A stretch of 39,521 bases of DNA. Origin: a virus. Lineage: Duplodnaviria > Caudoviricetes. Positions 8,235 to 15,057 of the stretch are shown here, piece after piece. Numbering within the stretch: the stretch's first letter is position 1; every line of letters begins with the position of its first letter. The notes beneath the pieces were generated by a model. The model was not told where the DNA came from. It did not search any database and saw only the letters and a program-made list of their open reading frames with translations. A program made the position numbers and the translations under genes. The stretch is taken from the IMG/VR virus record IMGVR_UViG_3300030376_000661, positions 1-39,521 of that record, one strand, 5' to 3'.

Positions 8235-8387
8235 ATGAATATGAGCGAAGCAATAGACAGAATAAGAGAAGCTGTTGAATATTATGATATGGTGCATGAT
8301 ACAGGAAACCCAAAACAGACATTAAAAAACAAGGATTATGTTTGGAAGGGTTATGATAAATTAATTGAATTATGCAACAATAAATAG
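8235..8387 (+). CDS. Early hypothetical 50-aa protein
   Basis: MNMSEAIDRIREAVEYYDMVHDTGNPKQTLKNKDYVWKGYDKLIELCNNK*. AGGAG SD. Its TAG stop supplies the first base of HHR2. Confidence 0.65.
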   Translation: MNMSEAIDRIREAVEYYDMVHDTGNPKQTLKNKDYVWKGYDKLIELCNNK

Positions 8388-8445
8388 AGCGAAACAGGGC
8401 GGAGCTTTTGCCCTGTCTTAAGGTTAAGCCTTAACTGATGAGCTC
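8387..8445 (+). ncRNA. Hammerhead ribozyme, type II (HHR2)
   Basis: GAGC-GAAA-stem III ACAGGGC/GCCCTGT-C8417-stem I TTAAGG/CCTTAA-CTGATGA-GCTC. All core nucleotides canonical. Confidence 0.93.
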
Positions 8446-8483
8446 AAAGCAATTCAGAAATTAAACAAATAGGAGTCTAAAAA

Positions 8484-8870
8484 ATGAGAAGTTATCCAAT
8501 ATGGGTTGATACTCATAACAACGCTTATAGTAATTCGGCGGCAAAGTCTCAAGGTATTAGAGACTATTCACAAAGTCGGATTTATGTTGGCACAAGTGCC
8601 GCCAATTCTTATCAATTCGGTGATTATAGTATAAGTCATAATGACAACGGCAAAGAAAAAAACTATAATTTCTATGTTGACGGTGAGCTAGTTAAGACTG
8701 CAACATATAACAAGTATAAGAAAAAAATGGAGTCTAAAAACTATATGAGCGAAGAGTCATTAAAAGAAAAATACTTTAAAAAGTGGAAAAAAGAAGAGGA
8801 AGCCAAAGAGGAAGCGTTCAGGAATGAGCGATACGCTGAACGATTAAGAGTCAACGGCTATCGTGATTAA
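8484..8870 (+). CDS. Early hypothetical protein (128 aa) flanked by two hammerheads
   Basis: TAGGAG SD. Beta-rich N-terminal part, charged helical C-terminal part. No family recognised. Confidence 0.8.
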   Translation: MRSYPIWVDTHNNAYSNSAAKSQGIRDYSQSRIYVGTSAANSYQFGDYSISHNDNGKEKNYNFYVDGELVKTATYNKYKKKMESKNYMSEESLKEKYFKKWKKEEEAKEEAFRNERYAERLRVNGYRD

Positions 8871-8886
8871 TAATAATAAACACAAA

Positions 8887-8945
8887 GAGCGAAACAGGGC
8901 GGAGCTTCCGCCTTGTCTGAAGGTCATGCCTTCACTGATGAGCTC
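8887..8945 (+). ncRNA. Hammerhead ribozyme, type II (HHR3)
   Basis: GAGC-GAAA-stem III ACAGGGCGG/CCGCCTTGT-C8917-stem I TGAAGG/CCTTCA-CTGATGA-GCTC. Compensatory changes relative to HHR2. Confidence 0.93.
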
Positions 8946-8980
8946 AATATTTTTGGGTCATGCTTTGCATTTTAATCAGC

Positions 8981-9143
8981 TTATGTTGTATTGTTGCCTA
9001 GTAAGGTAGATACGAGAACGGCTTACAACATAATTAATAGAGCTAATGACTCTATCGGAGATAGGCGGCTATAATTAGCCTTGGACACTATGCGAGTTAT
9101 TCGTTAATCAATCAGGTGTTGGCTTCCTGATACCGCCTACTCC
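8981..9143 (+). ncRNA. Putative structured RNA elements downstream of HHR3
   Basis: 10-bp stem TTATGTTGTA/TACAACATAA (8981-9033); ATAGAG/CTCTAT hairpin; GGAG-A-TAGGCGG/CCGCCTA-CTCC (9057-9143) closing a multi-branch junction. Confidence 0.5.
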
Positions 9144-9248
9144 ATTAAATGAGCTGAGCTTAGCTTCTAGCGTGATTATCAAACTTTTATAGTATTGACT
9201 GGAGCGTGGAGCTGAGCTTAGCTCTTAACAAACTAACAAAAAGGATAT

Positions 9249-9335
9249 ATGTCTTGGTTAGTATATAAAGCAAAAGTGGTTGGCACTTATACTTTTATCT
9301 ATGCACAAAAAGTATGGGGATTGCTACCATTTTAA
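9249..9335 (+). CDS. 28-aa hypothetical peptide
   Basis: MSWLVYKAKVVGTYTFIYAQKVWGLLPF*; AAGGA SD after an A/C-rich leader. Confidence 0.55.
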   Translation: MSWLVYKAKVVGTYTFIYAQKVWGLLPF

Positions 9336-9402
9336 TCAACAAAGAGATGGAGCTGAGCTTAGCTTGGCTCTGTCTTTACAAACAAACAAAGGAGTAAAAA
9401 AT

Positions 9403-9621
9403 ATGTCAATATATATTGATAGTTATAATATTAGAGTTGATGGTTATGATTATAACTCTAAAACAAAAAAAGACGTACCTGTTGAAAAAGCAAATATGTC
9501 TTCTAAAGACGGCATGAATAGTAAAGCATTTATAGATATGGTTGAACAGATAAGTGATAGCCATGACGCTAGATGTGATATTCATTTTAAAGTAATATTA
9601 AAACAACATAGGTATGAATAA
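9403..9621 (+). CDS. Early hypothetical protein (72 aa)
   Basis: AAGGAG SD favours ATG 9403 (MSIYIDSY...) within tracked ORF 9280-9621. Confidence 0.7.
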   Translation: MSIYIDSYNIRVDGYDYNSKTKKDVPVEKANMSSKDGMNSKAFIDMVEQISDSHDARCDIHFKVILKQHRYE

Positions 9622-9853
9622 TATGATAGACTATAATTTTGTAAGTAAGCAAAGACTAAACGGCGTACTTACTAAGTTAGACGCTGAGCCTGTAGTAGTT
9701 AAGGCTTTGAGTCTTAAAAAAGCAATAGCCAAATTTACACCACCAACAAAGTGTGTAGAGGCGGACATCTATTGGACGAGCAGAAAACATAACTATTCTA
9801 AAAAAGTTATTGCAATTCCACACGTGACAAGGAAACAAAGGAAGGGTAAATGA
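9614..9853 (+). CDS. Early hypothetical basic protein
   Basis: 79-aa ORF overlapping both neighbours. Confidence 0.65.
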   Translation: MNNMIDYNFVSKQRLNGVLTKLDAEPVVVKALSLKKAIAKFTPPTKCVEADIYWTSRKHNYSKKVIAIPHVTRKQRKGK

Positions 9854-9957
9854 TAGAAATATTTTTAGATGCACCAATGGAGCTCAAGGTTTTAATCTTG
9901 GGCTTCTTTGTCTTATTAATAAAAGAAATGTTAAAGGAAGGTAAAAATGGCAGATAG
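9850..9957 (+). CDS. 35-aa membrane peptide
   Basis: MIEIFLDAPMELKVLILGFFVLLIKEMLKEGKNGR*; ATGA overlap, fills the gap. Confidence 0.55.
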   Translation: MIEIFLDAPMELKVLILGFFVLLIKEMLKEGKNGR

Positions 9958-10156
9958 AGTAATATATAAACTGACAGAGTATAATTCATCAACAGGCGAA
10001 GAAAAGATTGTTTATGGACATATAAAAAAGCATTTAGAAAATGAAATGCCAACTGTTAGTGAAGACCAAGAAATAAAAGAAATCAACTTTAACGCAAACG
10101 ATATGGAAAGTTTATGTAATGCGTTAAATAATAATGAAATAGAAGAGTGGGATTAA
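9947..10156 (+). CDS. Early hypothetical acidic protein
   Basis: 69 aa, AAGGAAGG SD, directly upstream of the integrase. Confidence 0.65.
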   Translation: MADRVIYKLTEYNSSTGEEKIVYGHIKKHLENEMPTVSEDQEIKEINFNANDMESLCNALNNNEIEEWD

Positions 10157-10157
10157 A

Positions 10158-10964
10158 ATGAAAACAATAAAAGAAATAAAAGACTCACTATCTTGGGAAA
10201 CTTCTCAGGATAGTAGAGCTGAGCTTTGCTTAAATTTTTTTGGAGCTGAGCTTAGTCCAAAAGATATACACGAAGAGAATATTGAAGACTTAACTGCACA
10301 TTTAAAGAAGCGTGGAATTAAGGGTTCAACAATTAACAGGTATCTTGCGAGTGTAAGTAAGATATTAAAATATGCTTATCAAAGACCTAATGTCTACCAG
10401 ATGAATAGAGTTCCGCACATAGTATGGCAGGAAGAGTCTAAAGCTAGACTAAGATTTATGACACCAGAAGAAGAGCAGACAATGATTAAGATTCTAAGCA
10501 AGAGTCCATATCTGAGTCTATTTTTATTTCTGTTGGATACAGGCGTTAGACTTGGTGAAGCGTTGTCATTTAAAAAAGATGCAATTCAAAAATTAGATGG
10601 TAAATACTTTATTGTATTATATGCAGATGAGACTAAAAATAGTACAACGAGGAGTGTACCTTTGACTAGACGTTGTGTATCTTTATTAAAAAAATCAGGT
10701 GATTTTAGTCATTTAGATTATAGCATGGCTGAGCGTGTATGGACTAAATTACGTTTAGACATGGGCTTAGCTAGTGATAAACAATTTGTTATTCACTGCT
10801 TACGTCATACTTGTGCTTCAAGATTAGCTCAATCAGGTAAAGTAGAATTACACTTTATTAAAGAATGGTTGGGTCATAAGTCTTACAATATGACGCTTAG
10901 GTATGCCCATTTAATGCCTAAAAATCTACTAAAAGCTGTCTCAATATTGGAAGACTACGAGTAA
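10158..10964 (+). CDS. int: Tyrosine recombinase / integrase
   Basis: Catalytic set: DTGVRLGE (R), ETKN (K), HCLRH (HxxR), WLGH, LRYAH (Y). 268 aa, no obvious arm-binding domain. Confidence 0.95.
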   Translation: MKTIKEIKDSLSWETSQDSRAELCLNFFGAELSPKDIHEENIEDLTAHLKKRGIKGSTINRYLASVSKILKYAYQRPNVYQMNRVPHIVWQEESKARLRFMTPEEEQTMIKILSKSPYLSLFLFLLDTGVRLGEALSFKKDAIQKLDGKYFIVLYADETKNSTTRSVPLTRRCVSLLKKSGDFSHLDYSMAERVWTKLRLDMGLASDKQFVIHCLRHTCASRLAQSGKVELHFIKEWLGHKSYNMTLRYAHLMPKNLLKAVSILEDYE

Positions 10965-10979
10965 AGTTCCCATAGTAGA
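10959..10979 (+). promoter_or_regulatory. Phage RNAP promoter copy 2 (upstream of the RNAP gene)
   Basis: GAGTAAAGTTCCCATAGTAGA overlapping the integrase stop codon. Confidence 0.75.
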
Positions 10980-11015
10980 TAGCACAAATTAACACATAAA
11001 CTTATAGGAGTTAAA

Positions 11016-13463
11016 TTGACCAAGATATTAGAAATAATGCCTACTTTCCCAGACCAAGAGGCTAACGAAAAAGACATGGCTTTGTCAGGGACAGTAAGAA
11101 CGAATAAAAGACTCAATAGTCATATTGACCGAGAAGAAGAGAGTGTTACCAGTTACGGTAAAGTAATGGTAGCCAACACAATCAGACCTTTAGCAATGCA
11201 CATAGGTGACTGGATAAAACGTACATCTGAACGTACTGTATGTAAACCACCTATTGCTTTCACTAAATTATGTGAAGTTGAACCTGAGATATTGGCTTTG
11301 ATAACTGGTAAACATATAATCAATACAATCACACAATATAAACCATTAACTGCTACATGTATTAGTCTAGGTGGTAAAGTTGAGACTGAAATAGCTTTAA
11401 AGAATTTCAGATATTTAAACCCAGAGTTATACGACACAGTTAAAAAAGATTTAGACAAAAGGTCTTGGAATTATACTTATAAGCGTAGAAAACTTAGAGA
11501 GAGTGCTAAAAGAGACACTATTATGTCTTGGGAAGAATGGACTACTCCAACTAAACTACACGTAGGTTTAAGACTCGTAGAGCTTATGATTGAGTCTACT
11601 GGTATGATTGAGTTGGGTGTAGAAACTATTAAACACAAAAAAGCTAAGATTATTAAACAGACTCAGAAGACTAGAGAATGGATTAAAAATAGAAATGCTT
11701 TTAATGAATTACTTAATCCTGATTACATGATGACTGTAATGCCCCCTAAAATGTGGTCAACAGTTCATGGTGGCGGTTATTGGACTAAGGAATTACCAGA
11801 GTTAGATTTAGTTAAACAAAAGAATAAATTGTTTGCTAGAGAATTAGCTAACTTTGAAATGCCTAAAGTATACAGGGCGGTAAACGCAATGCAGTCAACC
11901 GCATATAAAATAAATAATTATATTTTAGGTGTTATGGCTGAGGCTTGGGACAGAGGACTGGCTATCGGTGGTATGCCACCAATTAAAAATCTTACAGTTC
12001 CTAACAAGCCTCACGACATTAAAGAAAATAAAGAGTCAAGACGTAAGTGGAAAAAAGAAGCAGTTATAGTCCACACAGAAAATGCTCGTATGTTCTCTAA
12101 AAGAATGTTGTATGCAAAGATATTGTATCTTGGTGATAAATTTAAAACTTATGCCACAGTATACTTTCCATTACAATTTGATTTCAGAGGAAGAGCGTAT
12201 GCCGTTCCTGCCTTTTTAAATTATCAATCTATTAATGGTGCTAAAGCATTGTTGTCGTTTGCACATGGTAAACCTATCACTGAAGAGAACAAAGGTGATT
12301 TTTGGTTAGCAGTTCATGGTGCGAATATGTATGGCAATGATAAAGTCTCATTAGAAGATAGAGTTAAATGGGTTGAAGATAATGAAGACTGGATACTTAA
12401 ATGTGTTGAAGACCCATTCACAAATAGACAATGGGAAGACGCAAGTAATGCTTTTCAATTCTTAGCGTGGGCTGAGGAGTGGAAAAGATTTAAAGCTGAA
12501 GGTTATGGCTTTGTATCTAACATTGTTATTAATGTTGATGGCTCTTGTAATGGATTACAAATTTATTCATTAATGTTAAGAGACAAAAAAGCAGGTGAGT
12601 TAGTCAATTTATTACCTAGTGATAAACCTAAAGACATTTATCAATTAGTTGCAAATTCTGTAATAGAGAAACTAAAAGAACATGCGGTTGAAGGAAGACC
12701 GTATGCACAACAATGGCTTGATTATGGAGTGAAGCGTTCAACGACTAAAAGAAGTATTATGACTATCTGTTATGGAAGTACCAGATATTCTTGTACGGAC
12801 TTTGTTGTTGAAGACTTAACAAAACGTAAAGATAAGGGAGAAGAACACCCTTTTATTAATGATATGTTTAAACCATGTTCATACTTAGCAAGTATAATAT
12901 GGGATAGCATTGGTGACAATTTACAATCAGCACGTACTGGAATGAAATTTTTACAGGACATTGCTCGTATTGTTGCTAAAGAACAGTTGCCTATACACTG
13001 GGTTACGCCTGTTGGCTTTCCAGTATATCAGTCATACCCTGAGATGAAGTCTAAAAGAGTTAAGGCTATGTTAATGGGTGAAGTTATAAAGCCTCGTATA
13101 AATACTGAGACTGACTTAACTGACAAATTGCGAATGAGTAACGGAGTAGCACCTAATCTGGTTCACTCGGTAGACTCCGCCGCAATGATTGAGACTGTGA
13201 ATGTTGCATTAGATAATGGTATTACCAATTTCTGTAACGTACACGACTCATTCGGAACTACTGCGGCTGACGTAGAAGTTCTAAACACAAGTCTAAGAGA
13301 AGCGTTTATAAAACTATTTACTGAAAATGATATATTAGAGAATTTCAGAAATGACGTTTTAAAACAATTACCTGAAAACTTGAAAGCTAAATTACCTGAA
13401 GTTCCTCAAAAAGGTGATTTAGATATAAATGAATTGAGGAAAAGCAGGTTCTTCTTTGCATAA
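11016..13463 (+). CDS. T7-like single-subunit DNA-directed RNA polymerase (gp1)
   Basis: DFRGRAY, DGSCNGLQ, RSTTKRSIMTICYG, APNLVHSVD, VHDSFGT, C-terminal FFFA. TTG start with TAGGAG SD. Confidence 0.98.
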   Translation: MTKILEIMPTFPDQEANEKDMALSGTVRTNKRLNSHIDREEESVTSYGKVMVANTIRPLAMHIGDWIKRTSERTVCKPPIAFTKLCEVEPEILALITGKHIINTITQYKPLTATCISLGGKVETEIALKNFRYLNPELYDTVKKDLDKRSWNYTYKRRKLRESAKRDTIMSWEEWTTPTKLHVGLRLVELMIESTGMIELGVETIKHKKAKIIKQTQKTREWIKNRNAFNELLNPDYMMTVMPPKMWSTVHGGGYWTKELPELDLVKQKNKLFARELANFEMPKVYRAVNAMQSTAYKINNYILGVMAEAWDRGLAIGGMPPIKNLTVPNKPHDIKENKESRRKWKKEAVIVHTENARMFSKRMLYAKILYLGDKFKTYATVYFPLQFDFRGRAYAVPAFLNYQSINGAKALLSFAHGKPITEENKGDFWLAVHGANMYGNDKVSLEDRVKWVEDNEDWILKCVEDPFTNRQWEDASNAFQFLAWAEEWKRFKAEGYGFVSNIVINVDGSCNGLQIYSLMLRDKKAGELVNLLPSDKPKDIYQLVANSVIEKLKEHAVEGRPYAQQWLDYGVKRSTTKRSIMTICYGSTRYSCTDFVVEDLTKRKDKGEEHPFINDMFKPCSYLASIIWDSIGDNLQSARTGMKFLQDIARIVAKEQLPIHWVTPVGFPVYQSYPEMKSKRVKAMLMGEVIKPRINTETDLTDKLRMSNGVAPNLVHSVDSAAMIETVNVALDNGITNFCNVHDSFGTTAADVEVLNTSLREAFIKLFTENDILENFRNDVLKQLPENLKAKLPEVPQKGDLDINELRKSRFFFA

Positions 13464-13466
13464 GCA

Positions 13467-13487
13467 GAGTAAAGTTCCCCTAGTAGA
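13467..13487 (+). promoter_or_regulatory. Phage RNAP promoter copy 3 (replication module)
   Basis: GAGTAAAGTTCCCCTAGTAGA between the RNAP and SSB genes. Confidence 0.8.
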
Positions 13488-13507
13488 CAATAAAAAAGGA
13501 AATATAT

Positions 13508-14128
13508 ATGTCAAAAAACAATAATGTAAGGATTGTAACACCAGTTGGCGTTAGTCAATATGCGTGGCTTACAACCCCTGATACACAATTTGATGCAGAT
13601 GGTCATTACAAGACTAATCTTATTGTTAAATCAGATGAGTCTCAGTCAGTTGTTAAAGCAATTGATAATGAGATGAAGAAAAGTGTTACTCTTGCTAAAG
13701 AGAAGACTAAAGGAAAAGAGCCTAAGATGGCTAACCTTCCTTATGAAGATGAGAGAGATGATGAAGGTAAAGCTACTGGCAATATTATCTTTAAGTTTAA
13801 AACTAAAGCAAAGATAATCACTAGAGATGGTAAAGTTATTCCAAATAAAGTTGCTATCTTTGACAGTGCAGGTAAACCTATGGTTGACGCTAATGTTTGG
13901 TCAGGTAGTGAAATGAAAGTATCAGCAGAATTGATACCTTATTACACTGCAATGGCAGGTGCAGGAGTTAGCCTTAGATTAAGAGCAGTGCAAATAACTA
14001 AACTTGTTGAAGGCGGAGCAGGTAACTCAAAAGGTTATGGCTTTGATGAAATTAAAGATGGTTATAGAGCACCAGAAGATAAGACATTTGAAAATGAAGT
14101 GGAACAATCGCAAAACACTGACTTCTAA
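13508..14128 (+). CDS. ssDNA-binding protein (T7 gp2.5-like)
   Basis: TPVG..YAWL..PD, GVSLRLRAVQ, acidic tail ending DF. Confidence 0.92.
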   Translation: MSKNNNVRIVTPVGVSQYAWLTTPDTQFDADGHYKTNLIVKSDESQSVVKAIDNEMKKSVTLAKEKTKGKEPKMANLPYEDERDDEGKATGNIIFKFKTKAKIITRDGKVIPNKVAIFDSAGKPMVDANVWSGSEMKVSAELIPYYTAMAGAGVSLRLRAVQITKLVEGGAGNSKGYGFDEIKDGYRAPEDKTFENEVEQSQNTDF

Positions 14129-14504
14129 TCAAGTAGGTCTTAGATACGGATTTAGGTCAGGCTTGGAGATAGCAATATCAAAAGAGCTTGACTTAAATAA
14201 AGTAAAATACGAATTTGAAACAATTAAATTAAAGTATACTGTCCCTGAAAAAATACATACGTATACACCTGATTTTTATTTAAAAGAAAAAGATTTCTTT
14301 ATAGAAACAAAAGGCTTGTTCACATCTCAAGACAGAAAAAAGATGAGATTTATAAAAGAACAACACCCAAAACTAGATATTAGATTTATATTTAGTAATA
14401 GTAAACAAAGGATTAGTAAAAAAAGTAAAACAACTTATGGAATGTGGTGTGAGAAATACGGATTTAAGTATTCTGACAAACATATTCCTATTGAATGGTT
14501 ATGA
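14094..14504 (+). CDS. Endonuclease I / Holliday junction resolvase (T7 gp3-like)
   Basis: FRSGLE, YTPDF, IETKG, DRKK, KTTYGMWC, IPIEWL. Start uncertain. Confidence 0.95.
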   Translation: MKWNNRKTLTSNQVGLRYGFRSGLEIAISKELDLNKVKYEFETIKLKYTVPEKIHTYTPDFYLKEKDFFIETKGLFTSQDRKKMRFIKEQHPKLDIRFIFSNSKQRISKKSKTTYGMWCEKYGFKYSDKHIPIEWL

Positions 14505-14983
14505 TGACTGATAAAGATATAAAAGAATTTCATAATACAATAAACAAGTTAGAGAAAATGAATAATGTTAGAAAAGAAACAAAGTATATTGTAATACATA
14601 GTAGCGAGTCTTCACCAAAAGAAGACTTTGATGTAAAAGATATTGACACACAACACCGTAAAGACGGCTTGTTCTCATGTGCATTTCATAAAATAATAAA
14701 AAGAGATGGCACAATCCAAGATGGTAGAGATATACAAGTTGCAGGTGCACATATAGCAGATGGTTCTCTTAAACTGTCTAATAAAAATTCTATTGGTATC
14801 TGCCTAGTAGGCGGAAAATCATTAGACAATCAACCTGATTGTAACTTCACGTTCAAACAGTATACCGCTTTGGTTAAACTTATAAAAGAGTTGAAACAGG
14901 AGTATCAGGCTGATGTAGTAGGTCACAGAGATGTGACTGACTCCGTATCTCCACACTTTGATGTATCAGAGTTGTTGAGATAG
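14501..14983 (+). CDS. T7 lysozyme (gp3.5)-like N-acetylmuramoyl-L-alanine amidase homolog, catalytic residues altered
   Basis: IVIHSS, IIKRDGTIQDGRD, NSIGICLVGG, NFTFKQ and GHRD align with T7 gp3.5. Start uncertain. Confidence 0.9.
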   Translation: MMTDKDIKEFHNTINKLEKMNNVRKETKYIVIHSSESSPKEDFDVKDIDTQHRKDGLFSCAFHKIIKRDGTIQDGRDIQVAGAHIADGSLKLSNKNSIGICLVGGKSLDNQPDCNFTFKQYTALVKLIKELKQEYQADVVGHRDVTDSVSPHFDVSELLR

Positions 14984-14990
14984 TTTGTTT

Positions 14991-15025
14991 GTGTGGTAGA
15001 GAAGCGAGAGTGGAAACTACCACAC
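14991..15025 (+). other. Intergenic hairpin upstream of primase (possible processing/regulatory element)
   Basis: Perfect 9-bp stem GTGTGGTAG/CTACCACAC. Confidence 0.5.
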
Positions 15026-15057
15026 CCAATTTCCCAAATAATTAATCAAAAAATTTT

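Larger units (their letters stand above)
9151..10256 (+). repeat. Dispersed direct repeat GAGCTGAGCTT(A/T)G, 5 copies
   Basis: Copies at 9151, 9209, 9350, 10216 and 10243; near-palindromic (GAGCTGAGCTTAGCTC). Confidence 0.8.

Noticed and set aside
9037-9055. CTAATGA loop resembling a hammerhead core
   Set aside because: No partner GAAA/stem III in the correct geometry; it is a simple hairpin loop.
9057-9144. tRNA gene (GGAG...CTCCA ends, ~88 nt)
   Set aside because: Lacks the TTCG T-loop and canonical D and anticodon arms; retained only as an unassigned structured RNA.
9151-9364. Mini CRISPR array from GAGCTGAGCTTAGCT repeats
   Set aside because: Repeats are only ~15 bp, spacing is irregular (58 and 141 bp) and there are no cas genes.
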